Shown piece by piece: positions 15,280-23,807 of a stretch of DNA of 44,828 nucleotides. The stretch comes from Deltaproteobacteria bacterium (GTDB taxonomy: Bacteria; Desulfobacterota; Binatia; UTPRO1). The DNA lies in assembly GCA_005879405.1 (NCBI GenBank), contig VBKW01000189.1:1-44828 (forward strand), read 5' to 3'. A model generated the notes under the pieces. The model had not been told where the DNA came from and did no database searches. It was given only the letters and a program-made list of their open reading frames with translations. Each line of letters opens with the position of its first letter. Within the stretch, counting starts at the first letter, position 1. The position numbers and the translations under genes are program-made.

Positions 15280-17324
15280 GCGTTTCCAGAACCGGGCAGG
15301 GGCTCCTACGTAACGCCCTCGTCGGTCTCGTCGCGGGAGTCGCGGCGGGTGCCGCGTGGTGGCTCGTCGAGTCGACGGCGAACTGGGCATTCGGCGGCGT
15401 CGTGACGGGCGCGGTCGCGCGCATGATCCTCGGCCTCGATCTCCTCGTCGCGGGCAGCGCCGGTCTCGCGCTCGGCGTCGCGTTGACGTTCGTCCCGGGC
15501 GGCGCGAGCGCGCCGGCGCTCGCGCTCGGCCTCGCGATGGTCTACGGGCTGATCCGCATCTTCGAGCCTCCCGGGATGGGGGCCGAAGCGCTGTTCGTCG
15601 TCTGCGCCATCGCGAGCGCCGCGCTCGGCGTCCGGCTCGTCGGCCAGGACCGGCGTGGCCCACTCGCATTCGTGCACGTGACGCTGCTCGCGACCGCGTT
15701 CACGGCCCTCGGCAAGACGGTCATCGGGGAGGCGCAGAGCGACTATTTCAGCAAGACGGAGCCGAGCGCTGCGGCGCTCACGCTTCTCCTGGTAGCGCTG
15801 CCACTCGCCGCGATCGTCGTCGATCGTGTCGTCGCGTTCGCGCTCCGACGGCACGTCTGGCGCTTCGGTGCCGAGCTCGCGCTCGGCGCGGCGGCGGCGG
15901 TGCTGTGGAACCACTCGAGCCCGCCGCTGTGGACGGCACCGATCGACAATCCCCGTCTCACCGCGCCGCCGCCGGCGGTGGGGGTGCCGGACGTGCTCTT
16001 GGTCGTGCTCGACACCACGCGCGCCGACCACATGTCGACGTACGGCTACGCGCGCGAGACCTCGCCGAACCTGACGGCGCTCGCGAGCGACGCGCTCAAC
16101 TTCACGCAAGCACGCTCGCCGGCGCAATGGACCGTGCCGGGACACGCCTCGATCTTCACGGGCATGTATCCCACGCGTCACGGCGCCCACTACGCCGGCG
16201 AATGGGCGGCGGGACCGAAGATCTACGGACGCAAGCGCGTGCTGCCGCTGTCGGACGAGCGGACGACGCTCGCCGAGGTGCTGCGCGACCGCGGCTATGT
16301 CACCGGCGGTTTCGCCGCGAATTTCGCGAACCTGGATCGTGGCTTCGGCATGGCGCAAGGCTTCGGGCACTACGAGGATCATCCGGGGCTGCTCTTCCGG
16401 CCGGTGCCGCACGTGGTGCGCTTCGTCCAGCGGTTCCGACCCGCGTTCTGTAAGAAGCCGTTTCGCAGCGCAGAGGAGATCAACACCGCTGCGCTCGATT
16501 GGCTCGACGGGGCGCCCGCCGGTCGTCCCTTCTTCGTGTTCCTCAATTACCTCGAGCCTCATCATTGGCTCGCCGCTCCGCCGTACGACCTGTGGAGCCG
16601 TGACCTGCCGCATGCGCGCCAGCTCGCGCTGAAGGGGCTGTTCACCCACAAGGTGCCGGTGCATCTCACCGACGAGGAGCGGACGTTCGTCGCCGCGAAC
16701 TACGACGGCCAGATCCTCGCCATGGACGCGGCGCTCGGCGAGCTGATCGCGGCGCTGAAGGCCCGGGGCCGCTACGAGAATACGTTGATCATCGTCACCG
16801 CCGACCATGGCGAGCTCCTCGGTGAGCACGAGATCGTGGGTCACGGCGGTCGAATGATGTACGAGGGCCTGCTCCACATTCCGATGGTCGTGAAGCTGCC
16901 AGGCGCCGACCACCCGAAAGGCACGATCGACGCGCGCGTGCAGCTCGTCGACGTCCTTCCGACCGTGCTCACGACGGTCGGCGCGCCGTTGCCCGACGGC
17001 GTGCAGGGCGAGCCCGTGCAGCACGTCACGCACGAGACGATCGCGGAGGAGCACATCAATCCCGAGTTCGTCGCCCAGTTCGGCGCAGTCTACGATCGCG
17101 CGCTCCGCGTCTACTACGATGGTGCGTACAAGCTGATCAGCACCTCGCGCGGCGAGCGCCTGCTCTTCGACCTCGGACAGGACCCGGGCGAGGCCGAGAA
17201 CCTGGCGAGCCGCGAGCCGGAGCGGGTCGCGGACATGGAGCGGCGGCTCGACACCGTGATGAGCCACATGGACCTGCCGACCGGCGGCGGCACCAAGATC
17301 GCCGCGTCATCGGAGCCGCGATGA
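15276..17324 (+). CDS. membrane-anchored sulfatase-fold hydrolase/transferase (LtaS/OpgB/EptA-like architecture)
   Basis: About 5 N-terminal TM helices, then PDVLLVVLDTTRADHMS and ARSPAQWTVPGHASIFTGMYPTRHG, where Thr/His occupy the usual C/S-x-P-x-R positions, then TADHGELLGEH. The start is uncertain: TTG 15276 overlaps the upstream TGA, and ATG 15421 is the alternative. Confidence 0.75.
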   Translation: MSVSRTGQGLLRNALVGLVAGVAAGAAWWLVESTANWAFGGVVTGAVARMILGLDLLVAGSAGLALGVALTFVPGGASAPALALGLAMVYGLIRIFEPPGMGAEALFVVCAIASAALGVRLVGQDRRGPLAFVHVTLLATAFTALGKTVIGEAQSDYFSKTEPSAAALTLLLVALPLAAIVVDRVVAFALRRHVWRFGAELALGAAAAVLWNHSSPPLWTAPIDNPRLTAPPPAVGVPDVLLVVLDTTRADHMSTYGYARETSPNLTALASDALNFTQARSPAQWTVPGHASIFTGMYPTRHGAHYAGEWAAGPKIYGRKRVLPLSDERTTLAEVLRDRGYVTGGFAANFANLDRGFGMAQGFGHYEDHPGLLFRPVPHVVRFVQRFRPAFCKKPFRSAEEINTAALDWLDGAPAGRPFFVFLNYLEPHHWLAAPPYDLWSRDLPHARQLALKGLFTHKVPVHLTDEERTFVAANYDGQILAMDAALGELIAALKARGRYENTLIIVTADHGELLGEHEIVGHGGRMMYEGLLHIPMVVKLPGADHPKGTIDARVQLVDVLPTVLTTVGAPLPDGVQGEPVQHVTHETIAEEHINPEFVAQFGAVYDRALRVYYDGAYKLISTSRGERLLFDLGQDPGEAENLASREPERVADMERRLDTVMSHMDLPTGGGTKIAASSEPR

Positions 17325-18361
17325 GCATGCCCGAACGCCTGGGTGCCGCGCCGCGCGCGCAGCACGCGCCGCGCGTCTCGGTGATCGTCCCCGTCTACAA
17401 TGCCGAGCGGCTCCTCGGGGAGTGCCTCGACGCCTTGCGGGCGAGCGACGGCGCGGATTACGAGATCATCGTCGTCGACGATTCGTCGACGGATCGCTCG
17501 TGCGAGATCGCGGCGGCGGCTGAGTGCACGGTCGTACCGAGCGGCGGCCGTTTGGGGCCGGCCGGTGCGCGCAATCGCGGTGCCGAGCACGCGCGCGGGG
17601 ACATTCTCCTCTTTATCGACTCCGACGTGATCGTCCGTCCGGAGACGGTGGCGCAGGTGGCGGCGGCCTTCACCGCCGATCCGACGCTCACCGGCCTCAT
17701 TGCGGTGCAAGCGCCGGCAATGCGCTTTCGAAACGCCTGCAGCCGCTACAAGAACCTCTGGATGTACTACACCTACGTGCGTCGGGCGGGAGAGGACGTC
17801 TCGCTCTTTTACACCACCGCCGCCGCGATCCGCCGCGAATCGTTCCTCGCGTCCGGCGGGTTCGACCTCAACTACACGAACCCGAACATCGAGGACACCG
17901 ACTTCGGGCAGAAGCTCGCGCGCCTCGGGTATCGCGTGCGCGTCGCGGCCGATCTCGAGGTCGAGCACGTGAAAGGGTACGACCTGCGCGGGCTCCTCCG
18001 GACCGACTTCTTGCGGGCGATGTCGCTCGCCCGCCTCAAGCTGCGCAAGCGCGGCGACACGATGGGGAGGAACGATACCTCGGTGCCGACGGGCTACATC
18101 GTCAGCATGCCGCTTGCCATGCTGGCCGCTGTGCTGCTCGGGGTTGCGCTCCTCACCAGGAGCGGACCCACGCTCCTCGCATCTTTTCTCGCACTCGCGA
18201 CGATTTTCGTGCTAAATCTGCCGTTCCTACGTGTCGTACGAACGCACGGCGGCCCCGCCGGGTTCGTGGTCGGAACGGCAATTCTGTTCATCGAGCTGCT
18301 CACCGCCGGGGCCGGCGGGCTCTACGGCATCGCGACGTTCATCGCCGGGAAGAAGTACTAG
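17321..18361 (+). CDS. glycosyltransferase family 2 with C-terminal TM segments
   Basis: VSVIVPVYNAERLL, YEIIVVDDSSTDRS, GPAGARNRGAEHARGDILLFIDSDV. ATGA overlap with the upstream gene. Confidence 0.85.
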   Translation: MSMPERLGAAPRAQHAPRVSVIVPVYNAERLLGECLDALRASDGADYEIIVVDDSSTDRSCEIAAAAECTVVPSGGRLGPAGARNRGAEHARGDILLFIDSDVIVRPETVAQVAAAFTADPTLTGLIAVQAPAMRFRNACSRYKNLWMYYTYVRRAGEDVSLFYTTAAAIRRESFLASGGFDLNYTNPNIEDTDFGQKLARLGYRVRVAADLEVEHVKGYDLRGLLRTDFLRAMSLARLKLRKRGDTMGRNDTSVPTGYIVSMPLAMLAAVLLGVALLTRSGPTLLASFLALATIFVLNLPFLRVVRTHGGPAGFVVGTAILFIELLTAGAGGLYGIATFIAGKKY

Positions 18362-18383
18362 AAGCGCGAGGAGGATCTCCCTG

Positions 18384-19685
18384 ATGGGCTACCTGGATTA
18401 CCTGCGTCACGGGAAGAACGTGGTGTGGAAGAAGAACGCCATGCCCGTGTACATGGTGTACTTCATCACCGATGCCTGCAACGCGAAGTGCAAGCATTGT
18501 CTCCTCGCCGACGGCGCGCATCCCGGATGGGAGACGCCGACGATGGAGTTCAAGCGCAAGGAGCTCTCGCTCGAGGAGATCGATAAGATCACCGCGAGCA
18601 TGGGGAAGAGCCTCATGTTTCTCCTCCCCACCGGCGGCGAGCCGTTCCTGCGCAAGGACATCGGCGAGATCGTCAAGATCTTCTACAAGAACACTGGCGT
18701 GCGGAACGTCGGCATCCCGACGAACGGCAGCACGCCGGCGCGCACGCTGAAGATCGTCGAGGACGTGCTGAAGTCGTGCCCCGATCTCGATTTCGGCATC
18801 GACGTCTCGCTCGACGGCATCGGAGCGCTCCACGACGAGATCCGCGTCTTCCCGGGTCTGTTCGAGCGCTCGATCGCGACGTACCGGGAGCTGAAGAAGC
18901 TCTCGAAGCACTATCCGAAGCTCAACGTCAACGTCGAGACGACGGTGTCGTCGCACAACGACAAGCACCTCCTCGAGAATTACGAGTACTTCCGCCGCGA
19001 GCTGCAGGTCGACAACGTCTTCACGCTGCTGACGCGCGGGTCGCCGAAGGAGTCGATCGCGAAGTTCTTCGACGTGAAGCGCTACGAGCAGTACGCCGAG
19101 GTCATCGAGAAGGACATGAAGAGCGGCGCGCTCTCGGGGTACGACACGTTTCCGTTCGCCGACTTCATCAACGCGAAGCGCATCGTCCGGCACCGCCTCA
19201 TCGCCGAGATCGCGAAGACCAACACGTACCAGATCCCGTGCTACGCTGGGAGCCTCGGCGCCTGCATGTTCGCGAACGGCGACATCTATCCGTGCGAGCT
19301 CCTGATCGACCGCAAGCTCGGGAACGTCCGCGAGAACGGCTACGACTTCAAGAAGATCTGGTACGGCAAGAAGGCCGACGAAGCGCGCAAGTTCATCCGC
19401 GACACGAAGTGCTTCTGCACCTACGAGTGCTTCCTGACCGTCAACATCCTCTTCAACCCGCGCATGATGCCGAAGATCCTGAAGGAGTGGGGCAGCTTGA
19501 AGGTGCGGAAGATGATGCGAAAGCTCGGCGGCGCGCGGCCCGTGGAGTCGGCGGTGACGGCATACGCCGCGAACGGCGACGGACATGCGTGCATGAACGG
19601 CGCGATCCAGGCACACAATGCGCAGCTCCTGAACGGCGGCGAGGCCAACGGCTCGGCGAAGCCGGCCGACGAAGCTCACGTCTGA
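18384..19685 (+). CDS. radical SAM enzyme with SPASM/twitch-type auxiliary Cys domain
   Basis: FITDACNAKCKHC (CxxxCxxC), PTGGEPFLRKDI, IPTNGS, and C-terminal IPCYAGSLGACMFANGDIYPCE...TKCFCTYEC. GAGGAGGA lies upstream of ATG 18384. The protein is Lys-rich and the gene is visibly less GC-rich than its neighbours. Confidence 0.85.
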   Translation: MGYLDYLRHGKNVVWKKNAMPVYMVYFITDACNAKCKHCLLADGAHPGWETPTMEFKRKELSLEEIDKITASMGKSLMFLLPTGGEPFLRKDIGEIVKIFYKNTGVRNVGIPTNGSTPARTLKIVEDVLKSCPDLDFGIDVSLDGIGALHDEIRVFPGLFERSIATYRELKKLSKHYPKLNVNVETTVSSHNDKHLLENYEYFRRELQVDNVFTLLTRGSPKESIAKFFDVKRYEQYAEVIEKDMKSGALSGYDTFPFADFINAKRIVRHRLIAEIAKTNTYQIPCYAGSLGACMFANGDIYPCELLIDRKLGNVRENGYDFKKIWYGKKADEARKFIRDTKCFCTYECFLTVNILFNPRMMPKILKEWGSLKVRKMMRKLGGARPVESAVTAYAANGDGHACMNGAIQAHNAQLLNGGEANGSAKPADEAHV

Positions 19686-19711
19686 CCACACCACCAACGG
19701 AACGCTAGATC

Positions 19712-19729
19712 GGCGGCGCTGACGCCGCC
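19712..19729 (+). terminator. GC hairpin after the radical SAM gene (possible attenuator or weak terminator, no U-tract)
   Basis: GGCGGCG-CTGA-CGCCGCC forms a perfect 7-bp stem with a 4-nt loop, 27 nt after the stop. No T-run follows. Confidence 0.2.
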
Positions 19730-19779
19730 CGTGCACTCACCCCCGCGGCCGAGCACGACCGGCCCCACTTGGAGGCTCC

Positions 19780-20541
19780 ATGTACCGAGGCAAGCGCATC
19801 TCCGTCGTCATCCCGTGCCACAACGAGGAGGAGGGGATCGTCGCCGTCCTGAGGCAGATGCCCGCGATCGTCGACGAGGTGGTCGTCGTAGACAATTGCT
19901 CGACCGACGACACGGCCAAGGTCGCGGCCGAGCACGGCGCGCGCGTCGTGCCGGAGAGTCGGAAGGGGTACGGCTACGCGCACAAGTCGGGCTACGCCGC
20001 TGCGGAGGGCGACATCATCATCACCATGGACGGCGACGGCACGTACCCGCCCGACTCGGTGCCCCTCCTCCTCTACGTGATGATGGAGGAGAAGGTCGAC
20101 TTCATCACCGCCCGCCGCTGGTACTCGAAGCAAGGCGGCACCAAGAGCCCGATCCGCCTGCTCGGGAACGCGGTCCTCTCCGGGACGATGATGGCGCTCT
20201 ACTTCAAGTTCATCGTCGATTCGCAGTCGGGCATGTGGATGTTCAAGAAGGAGATCCTTTCCGACCTCGACCTCACCAGCAACGGTATGGCGCTCTCGGA
20301 GGAGATCAAGATCGAGGCCTTCACGCATCCGTCGGTCCGCGCGATCGAGATCCCGATCTACTACGGCGAGCGCATCGGCGAATCGAAGCTCAACATCTGG
20401 CGCGACGGCTTCTATAATCTGTTCTTCCTGGTGAAGAAGCGCCTGATGCTCCGCAAGAAGCAGCCGCGGAAGTGGAACGTCGAGCCGCTGCGCGCGGCGA
20501 ACGACGAGGTGCGCGAGCGCCGCGCCGGAGGCGTCGGCTGA
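19780..20541 (+). CDS. GT2 polyprenyl-phosphate sugar synthase-like glycosyltransferase (DPM1/GtrB/ArnC-like)
   Basis: ISVVIPCHNEEEGI, VVVVDNCSTDDT, GYGYAHKSGYAAAEGDIIITMDGDGTYP. GGAGG lies upstream of the ATG. Confidence 0.85.
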   Translation: MYRGKRISVVIPCHNEEEGIVAVLRQMPAIVDEVVVVDNCSTDDTAKVAAEHGARVVPESRKGYGYAHKSGYAAAEGDIIITMDGDGTYPPDSVPLLLYVMMEEKVDFITARRWYSKQGGTKSPIRLLGNAVLSGTMMALYFKFIVDSQSGMWMFKKEILSDLDLTSNGMALSEEIKIEAFTHPSVRAIEIPIYYGERIGESKLNIWRDGFYNLFFLVKKRLMLRKKQPRKWNVEPLRAANDEVRERRAGGVG

Positions 20542-20577
20542 GCGCGTCCCTCCTCGGAGCGCGCGGGCGGGGCTGAG

Positions 20578-21201
20578 ATGGCGCTGCCGATCGCGCATGC
20601 CACGGCGGGGTACCTAGCGCACCGTCTCGACCCGCGCCGCGAGCAGCGCGAGTCGTGGCGACGCGCCGTCGCGTTCCTGCTGATCGGCAACCTTCCCGAC
20701 GTCGACTTCCTCTTCGGCTTCGTGACCGGCGAGCCGGGGGCGTTCCACCGCGGCGTGACGCACACCGTGCTCGCGGCGCTCGTCTTCGCGGTCGCCGCCG
20801 GGACGGTCGCGTGGTGGCGGCGCCTCGATGCGTGGTGGCCGGCCGCGGCGCTCTGTGGCGCGGCGTACGGCTCGCACCTCCTCGTCGATGCGTTCACCAT
20901 CGACCAGCGCGGTCCCGCGGGCGCACGGTTCTTCTGGCCGCTCTCCGACGCGTACTACATCTCGCCGGTGACGATTTTCGGCGAGATCCTCATCGACGGC
21001 GGCTCGCGCGCCGGGTTCGTCCGCAGCATCCTCCAGTGGCCGACGGTGTGGGTGCTGCTCCGCGAGGTCGCGATCGCGAGCGTCGCGCTGGGGGCGCTGC
21101 GCCTGTTCGAGACGGCGCGCCGTACGCGCGAGGATCTCGATGCGACGTCCGACGACGCGCGGATCGTCGCCGACGTTGCCGGCGAGGAGGACCTCGCGTG
21201 A
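20578..21201 (+). CDS. membrane-bound metal-dependent hydrolase (YdjM/DUF457 family)
   Basis: IAHATAGY, GNLPDVDFL, HRGVTHT and GSHLLVDAFT motifs, with 4-5 TM segments. Confidence 0.7.
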   Translation: MALPIAHATAGYLAHRLDPRREQRESWRRAVAFLLIGNLPDVDFLFGFVTGEPGAFHRGVTHTVLAALVFAVAAGTVAWWRRLDAWWPAAALCGAAYGSHLLVDAFTIDQRGPAGARFFWPLSDAYYISPVTIFGEILIDGGSRAGFVRSILQWPTVWVLLREVAIASVALGALRLFETARRTREDLDATSDDARIVADVAGEEDLA

Positions 21202-21758
21202 CCGGTCTCTGGCCGCTCGCGGCATACGTGATCTGCGTCGGCGCGTTGTTCGTGCGCGTCGCCGATCCGGGACGCGCCGCGCGCAGGACGGAGCTCGTGG
21301 CGACAGCGGACGACGTTCGCCTCGTGCGGCGGCAGCATCGCATCTTCTACGCGCTGCTCGTCGCGGCGCCGCTCGAATGGTGGTGGCGCGGGCGGCCGGC
21401 GACCGTCGGGCAGCTGCCGGGGGCGGCGCTCCTCGCGGCGGGCGTCCTGGGCTACCGCGTCGCCGGCGGTGCGCTCGGCGATCAGCTCTCGCCGCTGCTC
21501 GCGCCCCCCGAGCCGGCGCGGCTCGTCGACGCCGGACCGTACGCGCGGCTCCGCCACCCGATGTATCTCGCCGAGCTCGCGATCGCCGCCGGCGTCGTCT
21601 GGACGTTGGCGGCGCCGATCGCCGTCGTCGTCGCGGGCACGTTCGCCGCGGTCCTCCTCCATCGCCTGACGCGCGAGGAGCGCGCGCTCCGGGCGCGCCT
21701 CCCGGCGTACGCCGCCTACGCCGCCCGCACGTATCGATTGATCCCCTATGTCTACTGA
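21198..21758 (+). CDS. isoprenylcysteine carboxyl / phospholipid methyltransferase-like membrane methyltransferase (ICMT/PEMT family)
   Basis: GPYARLRHPMYLAELAIAAG and LTREERALRARLPAYAAYAARTYRLIPYVY. GTGA overlap with the upstream stop. The track ORF from 20655 is an off-frame extension. Confidence 0.7.
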   Translation: MTGLWPLAAYVICVGALFVRVADPGRAARRTELVATADDVRLVRRQHRIFYALLVAAPLEWWWRGRPATVGQLPGAALLAAGVLGYRVAGGALGDQLSPLLAPPEPARLVDAGPYARLRHPMYLAELAIAAGVVWTLAAPIAVVVAGTFAAVLLHRLTREERALRARLPAYAAYAARTYRLIPYVY

Positions 21759-21795
21759 GCCGCGTCCGGTCGCGACGCGTGACGACGAGGAGGAG

Positions 21796-21888
21796 ATGCG
21801 CGGTACGCCACCCCGTCTCTTCGTTGTCGTATTGCTGGCATGGGCGGCCGTCGTCTACGGCCGCTACCTGCTCGGATACCTGCGCTGA
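21796..21888 (+). CDS. unannotated 30-codon single-TM micro-ORF coupled to the GT-C gene
   Basis: GAGGAGGAG ends 1 nt before ATG 21796. Encodes MRGTPPRLFVVVLLAWAAVVYGRYLLGYLR. Its TGA shares a base with ATG 21888 (TGATG). Third codon positions are G/C-rich. Too short for the ORF track. Confidence 0.4.
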   Translation: MRGTPPRLFVVVLLAWAAVVYGRYLLGYLR

Positions 21889-23807
21889 TGCTCGATCTCG
21901 CGGTGCTCGCGCTGCTGCTCCTCGTGGCGCTCGGCGTCGGACGCCGGCTGCTCGCGGCGGTGCCGTTCGAATGGGCGCTCGAGGAGGCGATCTTCGCGAT
22001 CGCGCTCGGCCTCGGACTGCTCGCGTACGTGACGCTCGCGCTCGCCGAGGCGTCGCTGCTCGGACGTCCGGCGCTGCTCGCGGCGCTCGCGCTCGCCGCG
22101 GCGTGGAGCCGGCGGGAGCTCGTCGCGGGTGTCGCGCTCGGCGTGCGCGGCGCGCGGCGCTGGCTCGACGGGTCGCCGACGCGGAGCGAGCGCGCGGCGC
22201 TCGCGCTCGGCGTCGTCATCGTCGCCGCCGAGCTGGTGATGTCCTTCGCGCCGCCGGTCGGCGGCGATCAGACGAAGTATCAGCTGGTCTACCCGCGCCT
22301 CTGGGCCGAGGCGCATCGCGTCGTGGCGACGCCGTGGAGCTTCTGGGGCTACCTCCAGTACCTCATGAACCTGCTCTTCGCCGCCGCGTTCGCGCTTCGC
22401 GGCGACGTGCTGGCGCGGCTCCTGAACGCCGCGTACGGCGTACTCCTCGCGTTCGCGATCTTCGCGCTCGGGCGGCGCGCCTTCGGGCGGCAGACCGGCG
22501 TCTGGGCGGCGATCCTCTTTCTCACGATGCCGTTCACCGCGAGCCTGATGAGCCGCGCGTGGGTCGAGTTCGCGCTCAGCCTCTACGTCATCCTCGCGGT
22601 GCTCGCGGTGCTCGCGTGGCGGCGGTCGCGGTCGGGCGCATGGCTCGGGCTCGCCGCGGTGATGGCCGGGCTCGCGGCCGGAACGAAGCTCATCGGCCTG
22701 CTGGCGCCGGCGCTCCTCGCCGTCGTCGTCGCGCTCGACGTGCTGCGCGCCGGCGGCCGGCGTGCCGCGCCGGCGGCGGCGCGTGCGATCGCGACGTTCG
22801 GCCTCGTGGCCGCGCTCGTCGGCGCGCCGTGCTATGCGCGGAACGCGGTCGAGACGGGCAATCCGATCTATCCGTTCGGCTACGGCGTGTTCGGCGGACG
22901 GAACTGGAGCGCCGACGCGGCGCGCGGGCTCGACGCGTACTACGATGCCTATCGCGAGACGCAGGCGGCGCGCCGGGGCGGTCACGCGTACCACGGCGTC
23001 GAGGCGCTGCGCTTCCCGTGGGACGCGACGATGGCGCCGCAATCGTTCGAGGAGGCCGGCCGCTCGGCGTACGATGTCGGGCCGTTCCTCCTCGCGTTCG
23101 CTCCCGCGCTCGTGCTGCTGCGGGGACGGCGGGACGCCGGCCTGCTGCTCGGCGTCGCCTCCGCCTACGCCACGGTCGTCGTCTTCGGCATGTGGGCGCA
23201 TCCCCGCTACATCCATCCCGCGCTCGTGCTGCTGCTGATCGCAACCGTCGAGGCGACGGCGCGCCTCCGCGCTCTCGGCCCCGCTGCGGCGCGCGGCGTG
23301 ACCGCGGTCCTCGTGGCGACCGTCCTCGTGCAGACGGCGCTCACCGCGCGTGTCCTCGCGCCGCTCTGGCCGGACAGCGCGCGGGTGGCGCTCGGGCGCA
23401 TGACGCCGGACGCGTTCCTCCGCAAGAACGAGCGTCATTACGCGCTCGCGTCGCTGGTGCGCGCGCACGTGCCACCGAACGGTAACGTGCTCCTGCTCGG
23501 CATGATCCCGCATCCGTACTATTACGTCGGACGGCCCTTCACCCTGGCGAGTCCCCTCGAGCAGGGTGCGATCGATTATCGGAGCATCGCAAACGTGGAC
23601 GATTTCGTGAACGCGATCCGCCGCTATGGCGTCACCTACGTCGTGCGGGAGGACGAGCCCGACAAGCGCGCGGCGAACCCCGTCGGCGAGCGCGTGCTGC
23701 GTCTCTGGGACGACCTCCTGGCGCGTGCGGAGAAGATCGGCGACACGCCGGACGGCGCGCTCTATCGCTTGACGCCGGCGATGGCGCGCGCGGACGGCGC
23801 GGCATGA
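21888..23807 (+). CDS. GT-C fold polytopic glycosyltransferase (ArnT/PMT, GT39/GT83-like) with C-terminal soluble domain
   Basis: More than 10 TM segments. GGDQTKYQLVYPRLW loop, then RLLNAAYGVLLAFAIFALGRRAFG. Follows a polyprenyl-P-sugar synthase-like GT2. ATG 21840 is an alternative start. Confidence 0.65.
   Translation: MLDLAVLALLLLVALGVGRRLLAAVPFEWALEEAIFAIALGLGLLAYVTLALAEASLLGRPALLAALALAAAWSRRELVAGVALGVRGARRWLDGSPTRSERAALALGVVIVAAELVMSFAPPVGGDQTKYQLVYPRLWAEAHRVVATPWSFWGYLQYLMNLLFAAAFALRGDVLARLLNAAYGVLLAFAIFALGRRAFGRQTGVWAAILFLTMPFTASLMSRAWVEFALSLYVILAVLAVLAWRRSRSGAWLGLAAVMAGLAAGTKLIGLLAPALLAVVVALDVLRAGGRRAAPAAARAIATFGLVAALVGAPCYARNAVETGNPIYPFGYGVFGGRNWSADAARGLDAYYDAYRETQAARRGGHAYHGVEALRFPWDATMAPQSFEEAGRSAYDVGPFLLAFAPALVLLRGRRDAGLLLGVASAYATVVVFGMWAHPRYIHPALVLLLIATVEATARLRALGPAAARGVTAVLVATVLVQTALTARVLAPLWPDSARVALGRMTPDAFLRKNERHYALASLVRAHVPPNGNVLLLGMIPHPYYYVGRPFTLASPLEQGAIDYRSIANVDDFVNAIRRYGVTYVVREDEPDKRAANPVGERVLRLWDDLLARAEKIGDTPDGALYRLTPAMARADGAA

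Noticed and set aside
18384-19685. Radical SAM/SPASM gene read as an anaerobic sulfatase maturase for the nearby sulfatase-fold gene, or as a RiPP maturase.
   Set aside because: The sulfatase-fold protein has Thr/His instead of the C/S-x-P-x-R formylglycine motif. No short precursor-like ORF flanks the radical SAM gene. The 42-aa and 30-aa micro-ORFs are 2-8 kb away and are coupled to other genes.
20578-21201. Polytopic 207-aa membrane protein considered as the missing exosortase.
   Set aside because: The motifs (PDVDFL, HRGVTHT, SHLLVD) are those of YdjM/DUF457 hydrolases. It is too short, and it lacks the exosortase Cys/Arg/His signature arrangement.
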